64,000 nt of DNA. It comes from a virus. Shown here piece after piece: positions 1 to 9,221 of the stretch; within the stretch, counting starts at the first letter, position 1, and the number at the start of each line of letters is the position of its first letter. The stretch lies in IMG/VR virus record IMGVR_UViG_3300050343_000185. One strand, given 5' to 3'. Made by a program: the position numbers and the translations under genes. The notes below the pieces were generated by a model. The model was not told the origin of the DNA. It searched no databases and was given only the letters and a program-made list of their open reading frames with translations.

Positions 1-479
1 TATATCTGAACTGTTGGAACGAACCATTATTCAGAATCATATCTAGAGTTTCTAGATACTGCTTATTCATAAAGTAGTTGACAATATCAAGAGATCCGAA
101 TGCATATAGATCATTCAGGAACATCTGATACTCAACACCAAAGAGATTAGATCTAATTGAGTTGCTGACTAAACCAAAAACTTTACTGACACCAACTACA
201 TGATCTGGAACAGGAATATAGTTAGTAGACTCTTCCCAGTTTGTTGTTCCAGATGATGTTGTTGACTTACCTATTGAAACGAGTTATGTCATCGGCAGTG
301 ATTTCATGCCTCATGAAACATCTTTCCATGCCGTTGTAGCAGTTCTCTTGGAAGAACTGATACGTGTCATCAATAACATTATTTACTTGTTCGTCATCAA
401 TGTTAACTTGTAATACAGGCTCACCAAGTTGCCTCTTACAATATGTGATAAGATCAGCTCTTGAATTTGGAGACGCCAT
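1..479 (-). CDS. gp13: T4-like neck protein gp13 (N-terminal part, runs off window; frameshift near 270)
   Basis: MASPNSRADLITYCKRQLGEPVLQVNIDDEQV matches the cyanophage gp13 N-terminus. After a shift at ~270 the other frame reads GKSTTSSGTTNWEESTNYIPVPDHVVGVSKVF...FLNDLYAFGSLDIVNYFMNKQYLETLDMIL and stays open to base 1. Confidence 0.9.
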
Positions 480-486
480 TACACAC

Positions 487-521
487 AAAAATCCCTTCTT
501 ACCTATTTAGGAAGAAGGGAT
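487..521 (-). terminator. Rho-independent terminator ending the oxygenase operon
   Basis: Minus strand: ATCCCTTCTT-cctaaataggt-AAGAAGGGAT followed by TTTT; perfect 10-bp stem. Confidence 0.8.
504..510 (-). promoter_or_regulatory. T4-type late promoter (CTAAATA) for gp13
   Basis: CTAAATA about 25 nt upstream of the gp13 ATG, inside the terminator loop. Confidence 0.7.
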
Positions 522-528
522 CTGAGAG

Positions 529-726
529 TTATTCTACTACTTCTGTGGGCGCTGCTTCTGCTGCTTCCTCAGGTTTCTCTTCTAGAAGACCTAGAGTTTC
601 TAGACCGCCTTCCAGTTTAATTTTATATTCTTTTGCTTTGACTAGATTTGTTTCGAGTTCAGCAATTTGCTTTTCGGTTGTAGCAATTTGCTCTTCAAAA
701 TTTGTTTTAAGTTGTGCGGGATCCAT
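529..726 (-). CDS. Small acidic coiled-coil hypothetical protein
   Basis: 65 aa, heptad-like EEQIATTEKQIAELETNLVKAKEYKIKLEGGLETL. Confidence 0.8.
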   Translation of the reverse strand: MDPAQLKTNFEEQIATTEKQIAELETNLVKAKEYKIKLEGGLETLGLLEEKPEEAAEAAPTEVVE

Positions 727-731
727 AGTTA

Positions 732-1274
732 TCAGGGGATGAAATTGAAGTTAATTACAAATCGGGAATTGTGTGTGGGTTTACTGCTTGAGTGAAAACG
801 TAAACCATCAAAGAAAACACACCGTCCCTTCTTTGGTGTGACATTGCTATTTATATCATATTCAGCAATCGGATCTCCGTACATTCTTTCACTAAAATAC
901 GTATCACCATCACTATCATTTACATAATATAGACAGACCATATGTGGATCTGCTAAGTCAACATGCATAGAATCATATTCTTTATGTCTCACTCCAGGCG
1001 TCTGTAAAAAACATCTACCACGAATGACATTAGAAACACTGATTCCTGTATTATAACATGCCTCAAATAAGAGAGGCATAAACATTCCAGTATAACTGCT
1101 AGTAGATTTTCCGTCAAGTAAGAACATATGAGAAAATCCTGGTAGTTGACTCTCTCCATCTTCTGATAGATTGTCGTGGTAGACCCACCTAAAATCTGTA
1201 TCAACTCTCAATGTTTCGTGAATAAAATTTTGATAGTTTGGATTGATACAGTTGTCTTTAATAATGTTCTTCAT
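732..1274 (-). CDS. 2OG-Fe(II) oxygenase
   Basis: HVD...LYYVNDSDGDT...FFDGLRFHSS...RFVINFNF: HxD, distal H and R of the DSBH fold. Confidence 0.85.
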   Translation of the reverse strand: MKNIIKDNCINPNYQNFIHETLRVDTDFRWVYHDNLSEDGESQLPGFSHMFLLDGKSTSSYTGMFMPLLFEACYNTGISVSNVIRGRCFLQTPGVRHKEYDSMHVDLADPHMVCLYYVNDSDGDTYFSERMYGDPIAEYDINSNVTPKKGRCVFFDGLRFHSSSKPTHNSRFVINFNFIP

Positions 1275-1863
1275 CAGGACCCTCCACGTTCCAAGTTAAG
1301 TTTCCAGATACTGTCACTCTCTCAAGTATGGTAGATTTGAAAGGATAGACAGCATGTTTAGTTGTAGATGGAAACATTAGTATAACACCGTTCCAGGACT
1401 TATCCACAGGTAACACTTCTGCTTCTAGTTGGAACGCACCATTGCTTCTATGTGTGTTTCTCTCTTCTTCACCATATGGTATATCGACAAAGATAACAAA
1501 ACTCACAATACCAGAATGTGTATGGATAGGATTGTATTCATTTTGTCTCTGATAATTTACCCATAGGTTTCTTAGTTTGATATATGGTGTAACATTATTT
1601 GTCTGTTGAAAATCCCACGGACAGGTTTCATATACCTCAGACCACAGTTGTGTCGAAAGATTAATAACATATTCTTCAAATTCAGGACACTCATACTTCC
1701 ATTCAGATAAACTTGACTGCTGTGCCAAGGCACCAGCTAGTCGCCCATTGTAATTCCAGGTTCTTTCTTGTCTACGTTTCTTTGTATAAGCATATAGATC
1801 TTTGTATACATTGTCTGGTATTTTCTCTGATATAAATGAGAGATTGCTTTGTTGATAAATCAT
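1258..1863 (-). CDS. Putative 2OG-Fe(II) oxygenase (HxH type)
   Basis: LWVNYQRQNEYNPIHTHSGIVSFV...MFPSTTKHAVYP...ERVTVSGN. Confidence 0.85.
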   Translation of the reverse strand: MIYQQSNLSFISEKIPDNVYKDLYAYTKKRRQERTWNYNGRLAGALAQQSSLSEWKYECPEFEEYVINLSTQLWSEVYETCPWDFQQTNNVTPYIKLRNLWVNYQRQNEYNPIHTHSGIVSFVIFVDIPYGEEERNTHRSNGAFQLEAEVLPVDKSWNGVILMFPSTTKHAVYPFKSTILERVTVSGNLTWNVEGPDEEHY

Positions 1864-2375
1864 GGATATAAATCAGCACTTATACTGTATCGTTTTTGAT
1901 CTTCCACTCCTTTACCTGGTGTATGTGGTAGATTGGATGGAAATATAAACCACGTCAGTAATTTATTGGGCAAGTAATATGGTTCTCTTTTCGGTATAGG
2001 AAACATTGTAGTTCCAGATGTACCTAATTTTACATACATTATACCAGACAATGTAAAAGGATTCTCTGGATTATGTGAATGCATGTATGGTTCTATTGGA
2101 TTGTTATTCCAATCTACATACACCCACGAACTTATATTGTAATCAAATATATCCATACCCCAAAACCTGGAACATGCATCATAGAAAGACCATTTTAAAT
2201 GTTTGATCATAGGTTCATCATGTTCTAAAAAATCATCCTTACCATCAGTAAAGGTAAGTTTAGATACATGATCCATATTTTTAGTAAGGGTATTATCTAC
2301 AATAGAAGTATCAATAAATTTTATAAGTTTATCTGCATCAATATCTACTGGATATCCCCTAATTGCTAATACCAT
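1860..2375 (-). CDS. Putative 2OG-Fe(II) oxygenase (HxH type)
   Basis: MHSH...LSGIMYV...FIFPSNLPHTP...RYSISAD. Confidence 0.75.
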   Translation of the reverse strand: MVLAIRGYPVDIDADKLIKFIDTSIVDNTLTKNMDHVSKLTFTDGKDDFLEHDEPMIKHLKWSFYDACSRFWGMDIFDYNISSWVYVDWNNNPIEPYMHSHNPENPFTLSGIMYVKLGTSGTTMFPIPKREPYYLPNKLLTWFIFPSNLPHTPGKGVEDQKRYSISADLYP

Positions 2376-2946
2376 TTTCTTGTAGTTTGTGAAATAATAT
2401 GTTCATGTATATCAGGATCACAGAAAGAAAAAGCAATCGTTGTCCTGATTTCATTTCCAATTAAACTATTGGGAGGTTGACCTTTGTGTAACCAGTTTGA
2501 CGGGATGAATACTCCTGTGTTAGGAACATAAGGTGTGAAATGATATTCATCATCAGGTGTCTGACATACAAATTCACCACCCCACTCTACATCCCAGTGT
2601 GGTTGATTAAAATAAATGAACGTCCACACACCATGCTCTTCCCAATCTTTATGGAAGATGGTATTCTGTCCTGCAGTTTGACCATTGACATGTATCTTAC
2701 ATAGTTTTATATCTCTACGTAGATACTTCATCATTTTTAATCTTACGTAGTAGCACACTTAGTAAAGATAAGATCAGTTCTTAGTGGATGCTGCCAAGAC
2801 ACAGGATCACCTTGACCATATGAAGCATTGTTGAATGTCCACGTAGCTAAACTATTCATGGATGGAGATCTGCGATTAAAATAATCCCAGAGAGTAATAC
2901 ACTCTGATTCTGGTAATACATTTTTAATAACAATAGGTTTATTCAT
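2366..2946 (-). CDS. 2OG-Fe(II) oxygenase (~193 aa, one frameshift near 2747)
   Basis: The two track ORFs join by adding one base (581+1=582 nt). The C-terminal part has HKD...WGGEF...FIPSNWLHKG...RTTIAF. Start overlaps the upstream stop as ATGA. Confidence 0.8.
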
Positions 2947-3506
2947 GTCCACCAAATCCAACCAGTAATAATATATTTTTCTTGTGTCTCTGATATCTGT
3001 CCTCTATGCTTGTGAGTAAGACCTGCTGGAAAGATAACAGTTTTACCTTTCTCTGCTTTGACAGTATAATCTTGGTAGTAAAATTCTGTACCACCATCAG
3101 GAACATCATTAAGATACGTGATATAGACAAACGCTCTATCACAACCTTCAAGACCAGATGCATCTACATGCCATGTATAGAATCCATCCCCAGGTTTGTA
3201 GTATTGAATCTGAGGCAATTGTTTCGCAACAAAAGATAAATTATCAATCTTTAGTGACTGCAAATATTCTTTTATAAAACTATCAACCTGGTTTTTATAC
3301 AAATCAAATTTATAGTCCTTTGCAGATCCACATGGAGCAGCCTCTTCAATAAAAAAATCTTTACTCTTTTTTATTTCAGGGACAATACTTCCCCCACCTA
3401 CACGACCAGCATAGGTTAACTCTTTCTCGTCAGCAACATGGAACAGGTCTATTAACTTATCACAAATAGATAAATCGTTTAATTTATACTCTTTAATAAA
3501 TTTCAT
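2943..3506 (-). CDS. 2OG-Fe(II) oxygenase (prolyl-4-hydroxylase-like)
   Basis: WHVD...YLNDVPDGGTEF...IFPAGLTHKHRG...KYIITGW. Confidence 0.9.
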   Translation of the reverse strand: MKFIKEYKLNDLSICDKLIDLFHVADEKELTYAGRVGGGSIVPEIKKSKDFFIEEAAPCGSAKDYKFDLYKNQVDSFIKEYLQSLKIDNLSFVAKQLPQIQYYKPGDGFYTWHVDASGLEGCDRAFVYITYLNDVPDGGTEFYYQDYTVKAEKGKTVIFPAGLTHKHRGQISETQEKYIITGWIWWT

Positions 3507-4072
3507 TTGTATGCTGGTCCTTGTATCCAACCCACCAAAGAATGTCTAACACCTGATGTAATTGGTTTTACTCTATGTGGAGTGTCTGCTTGAAATAATA
3601 TAATATCTCTCTTTTTCAATTCTATCACATTTTTTTCTGATGTACGAATTTCAAATTCACCACCCTCAAACTCATCGTTTAATAAAACAGTAAAACTTAT
3701 TTTACGAACTCTATTCTCTGGTCTTTTACCAGGACTCCAGTTTGATTCGTCAATGTGCCAATCATAAAAATCATCAACATCATACTTTGTTAGTTGAAAT
3801 GGTTCCATAAAATTTACATCTAGATTCCACTCACATTTTGAATTTGCAAATGCAACCAATCCATCCATTAATTCGTATACATTACTATCATCTACCCAAC
3901 AAACTTTAGAGCTTCTATCTGGATGATCTTCACTACTACTATACGTCTCACCATCCCATAGATCAGTTTTACCTTGATTGTATTTGTTATATGGTTTTAG
4001 TGCTTTTTCTAATAAAGGAAAAAAATCATCGTCAAGATGAACGATCATATATTGATGTTTAAATGAGTTCAT
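3503..4072 (-). CDS. 2OG-Fe(II) oxygenase (PKHD-like)
   Basis: YDWHID...RKISFTVLLNDEFEGGEF...HRVKPITSGVRHSLVGW. Confidence 0.9.
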   Translation of the reverse strand: MNSFKHQYMIVHLDDDFFPLLEKALKPYNKYNQGKTDLWDGETYSSSEDHPDRSSKVCWVDDSNVYELMDGLVAFANSKCEWNLDVNFMEPFQLTKYDVDDFYDWHIDESNWSPGKRPENRVRKISFTVLLNDEFEGGEFEIRTSEKNVIELKKRDIILFQADTPHRVKPITSGVRHSLVGWIQGPAYK

Positions 4073-5750
4073 TTTTTGTAAGTACCATAACATGAATACC
4101 GTTCCACCATCCATTAGGATCTTCTGGAATTTTGGTTAGAATCTTTCTCTCAAACAAAAGATTTAAGTTGTTCTCTTTTACAAAGAACTCTGCTGCCTGC
4201 ACAACACCCATAAAATTTGCATCGTCAATAACAAGAATAAACTTGTCCGCAAATGCGGGAATCAAAAATGTTAGATTATCATACTGAGATTGTGGATCAT
4301 GATCAGCATCATAAAAAATAACATTAGGTTGTTTGTGTATATTTTTTGGTGTCAAATCTTGAATTGATTTGGGACAGAAGTATTGTTTCTCTCTCAACCC
4401 ATTAAAGAATATTTTCTTTGGGTTATCAATCTCTACATTTACTTCATCTCTAAACGGAGAAATATCTTCTTCTGAATAATCATCAACAGCAAATGCTTCC
4501 ACATCTCTATTCATGGTAGCAGCAAAGAATGTACTACCAGCATGAACACCAAGTTCCATGTAGATAGCATCAGGTTTAGACAAAAGGTTGTTTAAGAAAT
4601 GCCTTACGATATTGGAAGACAATCCTGGATACTTATATCCTTCTTCTACAAACTCACTATCACATCTTGCTGCTTTTTCAATCGATGTTAGAACTAGTTC
4701 TATATCATCATCAAAATGTCTATCACTACGTTTCATTCTGGACTGGACAACTGAATCACAATAATTACATTTCCAACAATCAAAACCACATGTCTTGATC
4801 TTCTCTCTCCAGATGTCAATTGGTTTCTCTTCTAGAGCTACATCTTCAATGTAGTCATTAAACTGTGGGTGTAGTATCTCCTCGTCTGCCGCCCATCGTT
4901 TGATAATATCCATGCTTTCCATGAGACGCATTGCATTCTCTCTGCCATGCATCTTGAATACATCAATACCTAGATCAAGAAACTCTTCCCAATCTTTTTT
5001 CCAGGGTGGGATAGTTGCTGCTTTCAGTGATGCTGCAGGATCTCTTTCATCCCATGAAGAACAAGACACCCTACTTAAACTAGTATTAAAATACTGAGGG
5101 TCATCTTTTTCTCTCACCATATTGTAATGGTAATGTTCGGGCATGATAGGACAACCACCCCAACACCATTCATTGGCAAGTAAAGAAATTTTTACTGGTT
5201 TACCAATGTCAGCACAGTATTCTTTTGCTTCTTTAATCTTAAGTAGAGTATCTCTGTCACGCATAAGATCTCTGTCTAGATTGACATAGTGAAACCCTGC
5301 TTTTGCTAGGTTCACAATCTCATTAGGTCTGGTGACTTCTCTTAGTATAGTATTTTTAATAAACAGTTCAGGAAACTCTTTCTGCAACTGTCCTGTCAAG
5401 ACCCATGATGTATGAGGTAGAGTTACAATACGAACTCCTGCATCATATAGAAATCTAAAATTTTCAATAAAAATATCTAAGTTTTCTTGAGTAGGAGGAA
5501 CTTGAATATTATTAAATGTAGCAGACAAGGGAATGCCTGTCTCTTGGGAAACAAATAAAGCATTGAGAGAGGTATCTCTCATATCCCCATCAACAACATC
5601 ACCCATCGCATCTTGCACGAAAGGTGGCATACGACAGGTGAAATAGATATCATAAATGTAATCTTTGTATTCCTTAAGAAAAGGAATCAAAGTATTAACT
5701 ACAAAATCTTCTGGTAATTTGGTGTTAAGAGGGAGAGAAAATTTTGCCAT
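4059..5750 (-). CDS. U32-family (Fe-S hydroxylase-like) domain fused to a class I SAM-dependent methyltransferase
   Basis: N-terminal: VNLDRDLMRD, LLANEWCWGGCP, RVSC, DVFKMHGRE, TCGFDCWKCNYC. C-terminal: YMELGVHAGSTF, IFYDADHD, ILVIDD (Methyltransf_24-like). Confidence 0.75.
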   Translation of the reverse strand: MAKFSLPLNTKLPEDFVVNTLIPFLKEYKDYIYDIYFTCRMPPFVQDAMGDVVDGDMRDTSLNALFVSQETGIPLSATFNNIQVPPTQENLDIFIENFRFLYDAGVRIVTLPHTSWVLTGQLQKEFPELFIKNTILREVTRPNEIVNLAKAGFHYVNLDRDLMRDRDTLLKIKEAKEYCADIGKPVKISLLANEWCWGGCPIMPEHYHYNMVREKDDPQYFNTSLSRVSCSSWDERDPAASLKAATIPPWKKDWEEFLDLGIDVFKMHGRENAMRLMESMDIIKRWAADEEILHPQFNDYIEDVALEEKPIDIWREKIKTCGFDCWKCNYCDSVVQSRMKRSDRHFDDDIELVLTSIEKAARCDSEFVEEGYKYPGLSSNIVRHFLNNLLSKPDAIYMELGVHAGSTFFAATMNRDVEAFAVDDYSEEDISPFRDEVNVEIDNPKKIFFNGLREKQYFCPKSIQDLTPKNIHKQPNVIFYDADHDPQSQYDNLTFLIPAFADKFILVIDDANFMGVVQAAEFFVKENNLNLLFERKILTKIPEDPNGWWNGIHVMVLTKNELI

Positions 5751-5940
5751 AATCTACAATCACTTTTTCCATATACATGTGTTCTGCTTCTGGGTTTGTG
5801 TCCAGAATATACTTATTACTTTCCGCTAACTCCAAGAGTTTTTCGCGGTTAAGATCTTTTGTTTGGTCTACCCATTCATATCTACGAAGAATAGAGTGAT
5901 GGATTACAGGAACCAATTCAAGGTGTCTTTGACTCGACAT
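5725..5940 (-). CDS. Hypothetical protein (71 aa)
   Basis: ORF overlapping both neighbours within the operon. Confidence 0.6.
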   Translation of the reverse strand: MSSQRHLELVPVIHHSILRRYEWVDQTKDLNREKLLELAESNKYILDTNPEAEHMYMEKVIVDYGKIFSPS

Positions 5941-6760
5941 TGTTAGTTTGCTCTATTTGTAGTTGTCCTGAGTATTTATGTTGCTGTAGTTTAGGAAGCG
6001 CAATACCATCTTCCTGTAACTGTGCTTGGATCTGTGGTGCGATCATTTTATTAAGTTTATCAATACCACCACCAATCATACCAGAATATTTAACAGCAAC
6101 ACCAAGTGCTTCCACTTGATCTTCTTCTGGCATGTCCATGATTGTTGTCATGTTACCAGCACCAATTCTACCATACGATACAATATCCATTGCTGCTTGC
6201 TTACCCATACGAGCAACCCAATAAGTTCTTACTTCATGTGGTTGTTCTTCACAGTAATATTCAATGGGATTGTCCTCGTCAACATACTTGTCAATAATAT
6301 TTAAAAAATATTTTAACTCTAGTTCAGATTGTCTGAGTTTTCTTTTCCAAATACCAACATCATAATCATTTTTCTCCATGTCAATTTGCATCAACTCTTT
6401 ATCGAGTTCATCAGGAACTAACTCCATGTCCCTAATTAATCTCTTTCTTAAAATTTCTGCTTTTCTTAAACTGTTTCTATTTTCCATGTAGGCATGATAC
6501 CTAGTTTCAAGTTCCATCAGTGCTTGACGGACTTTTCTCCATGGAGTCAATTGAGGGTCAGCAACAAAGTGCTCACACTCATACTCTGTCATGCCACTAT
6601 TAAAGCGCATACTAGCAGACAGGATATCAAAATCTTTATTGGTTAGACCAAATTCATTTACGAAAGATTTTGATAAATGGATTTCGTTAGTATCAGAACT
6701 AACAATGTTTCTTACATCTGAAACAATATCAGATAAATTAGCGTCAGAATTTAAAGACAT
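5918..6760 (-). CDS. Hypothetical helical/coiled-coil protein (280 aa)
   Basis: Likely start MSLNSD at 6760 overlapping the upstream stop; long amphipathic helices. Confidence 0.8.
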   Translation of the reverse strand: MSLNSDANLSDIVSDVRNIVSSDTNEIHLSKSFVNEFGLTNKDFDILSASMRFNSGMTEYECEHFVADPQLTPWRKVRQALMELETRYHAYMENRNSLRKAEILRKRLIRDMELVPDELDKELMQIDMEKNDYDVGIWKRKLRQSELELKYFLNIIDKYVDEDNPIEYYCEEQPHEVRTYWVARMGKQAAMDIVSYGRIGAGNMTTIMDMPEEDQVEALGVAVKYSGMIGGGIDKLNKMIAPQIQAQLQEDGIALPKLQQHKYSGQLQIEQTNNVESKTP

Positions 6761-7553
6761 ATGCGTCACACTCATATTCAGGTTTACGATCCCAATCAGT
6801 TTCAGAGACCGTTCTGCCCATTTCAATTGCTTGTTTTTGGGGCAAGAGGATACCGATGTAATCCTCGTATAATATATTTAGGTCCCATACAGAAGTGCAA
6901 TCTTCAAATTTTTTCACTAATGATTGATATGATACGAGCATAGTGGAAAGTTTATCTTCCCATTCTTCTGCTTTTACTAAAATTTTATTTGCTAATTCAT
7001 CTTTATTAATGTGTCTTTCCATAGAAAGATAATCTAGGAAAGGAGTTTTGTGTCCTTGTCCTCCTTTATATGTCAACCATTCTCTTGCTTCATGTTTTTG
7101 AATCTCCCAAGATGCAGATTCTAAATCTGTTGTGTTCTTGAGATTTCTAAATCTTGTATTGTACTCGTCTTCAATAATTTCTTTTGCAAAATCAACCATA
7201 AAATCCATAACATCTTTTAAAATGTTATCCGTCAATTCAATGGGCACTTTAAGAATTTCATTAGCAGGTGTCCAAGCAAATCCTGCTTCTCCTGTATTTA
7301 CAGCAACCTTACCAAAAGGTCTGATCTCAGAGAAAAAGTTAGATCCGTTATAAGCTTGTTGTTTAGTAACTTCCTTATACTTGTGTTCCCACTCTTTGTA
7401 GATGACTTGATAAATTGTTTCGCTAACTTCTACACACGAGAAGTGCATCAACGAAAACATTTCGTTGTAATGTAAGCGAAGATCTCCAGTTGCCGATGAA
7501 CTGACAAACTGCTCTTGCTTGATTTCCTTTTCGTTTATGATTAGATATCTCAT
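6744..7553 (-). CDS. Hypothetical protein (269 aa)
   Basis: Start MRYLII is coupled to the upstream gene by a TAATG overlap. Confidence 0.8.
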   Translation of the reverse strand: MRYLIINEKEIKQEQFVSSSATGDLRLHYNEMFSLMHFSCVEVSETIYQVIYKEWEHKYKEVTKQQAYNGSNFFSEIRPFGKVAVNTGEAGFAWTPANEILKVPIELTDNILKDVMDFMVDFAKEIIEDEYNTRFRNLKNTTDLESASWEIQKHEAREWLTYKGGQGHKTPFLDYLSMERHINKDELANKILVKAEEWEDKLSTMLVSYQSLVKKFEDCTSVWDLNILYEDYIGILLPQKQAIEMGRTVSETDWDRKPEYECDAYVFKF

Positions 7554-8839
7554 TATTGTGCCTGAAGTGCGGTTACAGAAGCGGCACCAGAACAGCAACC
7601 GCCAGAAGATTGACCATAATGACCTTTGGGTCTTGTCGCAGCACCCATGTTGGTCTCAACGTCAGTAGTATAATCCCACTTGGTTGTGTGGTTGTTTTGT
7701 TGACCATCATATTGTCCCATCATATAACCCCAGTCCTGTCCCATCATGAAGTTTTCTTCACCGTAAGCACGGACTTTCGTTCCGTTTGCTAGACCAGCTC
7801 CACTTGAACCACTATACTTTGACCATGGTGATGTGACATTGTTTCCAGTACCAGCATAGAAATGACCGTACTTGGAAGGTAGGAACTTACAAACTCCATC
7901 AGGAGCAGCATTGGATGACCAACCAGACCAGGAATCATTTGAGTGATCTACAGAATATCTACTACCAGAGAAAGACGCCCAAGATTTTTCTTCATCTCCA
8001 CATGCAGCAGTATGATCACTACCAGAAGGTGAACTACCTACCTGATACATAATCTCGGAAGGATAATGTAGTTTACCTACAGCAGCGTTACCGCCACCTA
8101 AGTTATAACCAAACTGTTGTTTTTGTGCGGTAGCACATGCATTCCTGTCTCTACTGACAGGCATGTTCCAACCACCAACAACAGTGTATCCCATGACGCC
8201 TCTAGGGTCGTCACCTTCCCAACCATATGGGGAAGTTGGAGAGTAAGTACCACCACCAGGATTACTTCCTGTAGTACCAAACATTCTCCTCATACCTGTG
8301 TGTAGGTTGATGGAATCAGTATGACTGGATGCTCCCGTGAATGCATTAATGCAACCGTGAGCATAACCAAAGTAATCACTCCAGGTACAGTCAGCATAAG
8401 TTAGTGCTCTAGTTAACTGCTCACCACAATAGAATGTAATATCATTTGCGTGCCATGTTTTATTAACAGTTCTCCAAGGATTAGATCCTTTATACCCCGC
8501 CACCAGAAAACCATGTGTTATCAAACTCCTATATCTGAATCCTGTAAGAGGAGCAGATGCAACAGTTTGACCAGGATACGCCCAGAAAACACCGTTTTCA
8601 CCATCGGATACTAGATAAGATCCTCTAGTGATATTTGCAGGTTCGGGGATACCCCCACCAACCTCATCCCAGTCAGATCCATTCCAGATCTGTGCTTTGT
8701 TTTCATCGGTATTATAAATGATTTGACCGACGTTTGGGGATGCTGGTCTTCCCGCGTTGTTAAAAGATGGTAGTTTTAAACCTTGAGTGGTTAAACTAGC
8801 ATTTCCTGTAACAACTGTTCCAACAGTTAACTGAGACAT
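7553..8839 (-). CDS. Tail-fibre-associated protein with Kelch-like beta-propeller repeats
   Basis: N-terminal fibre motif LKLPSFNNAGRP..GQIIYNTD..QIWNGSDW; repeated GY/GFxxGG units (GFLVAGY, GYAHGC, GYTVVGG, GYNLGGG, GYMMGQ). Confidence 0.65.
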   Translation of the reverse strand: MSQLTVGTVVTGNASLTTQGLKLPSFNNAGRPASPNVGQIIYNTDENKAQIWNGSDWDEVGGGIPEPANITRGSYLVSDGENGVFWAYPGQTVASAPLTGFRYRSLITHGFLVAGYKGSNPWRTVNKTWHANDITFYCGEQLTRALTYADCTWSDYFGYAHGCINAFTGASSHTDSINLHTGMRRMFGTTGSNPGGGTYSPTSPYGWEGDDPRGVMGYTVVGGWNMPVSRDRNACATAQKQQFGYNLGGGNAAVGKLHYPSEIMYQVGSSPSGSDHTAACGDEEKSWASFSGSRYSVDHSNDSWSGWSSNAAPDGVCKFLPSKYGHFYAGTGNNVTSPWSKYSGSSGAGLANGTKVRAYGEENFMMGQDWGYMMGQYDGQQNNHTTKWDYTTDVETNMGAATRPKGHYGQSSGGCCSGAASVTALQAQ

Positions 8840-8863
8840 GGTTACGCTTCTGTCCTATAAAAG

Positions 8864-8870
8864 TATTTAG
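8864..8870 (-). promoter_or_regulatory. Late promoter CTAAATA
   Basis: CTAAATA about 25 nt upstream of the ATG at 8839. Confidence 0.65.
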
Positions 8871-9220
8871 GGTTTTGGATAGTTTTCTTTAACAAGTTTC
8901 ACAGCAGCATACCAAGAGGAAGTATCTTTTCCTGGAACCAGACCACTTTCCATGTCATGAAATAACATATCTAATTGATCTGCAATTCCAGGATAGTCCA
9001 TTCTTCTTGAAAGATCATATGAAGGGGGTTTCAAAACTACTCTCTGAATCTCCCTATCTTGGAAATTGTAGAAGTAATCAGCTTCAGTATCTTTTGGTTC
9101 TAATTCATATGGACCTTCGATCCACATAAAATCTTCATGAACTTCAAATCTTCCTTCAGTTCCAGTTTTTAAGAACTGACAAATATTTCCTGTTTCCTTA
9201 TGAACTAATGATTGGTACAT
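8867..9220 (-). CDS. Putative tail fibre assembly/chaperone protein (117 aa)
   Basis: Likely start MYQSLVH at 9220; C-terminal RRMDYPGIADQLDMLFHD...WYAAVKLVKENYPKP motif typical of marine phage fibre chaperones. Confidence 0.65.
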   Translation of the reverse strand: MYQSLVHKETGNICQFLKTGTEGRFEVHEDFMWIEGPYELEPKDTEADYFYNFQDREIQRVVLKPPSYDLSRRMDYPGIADQLDMLFHDMESGLVPGKDTSSWYAAVKLVKENYPKP

Positions 9221-9221
9221 A

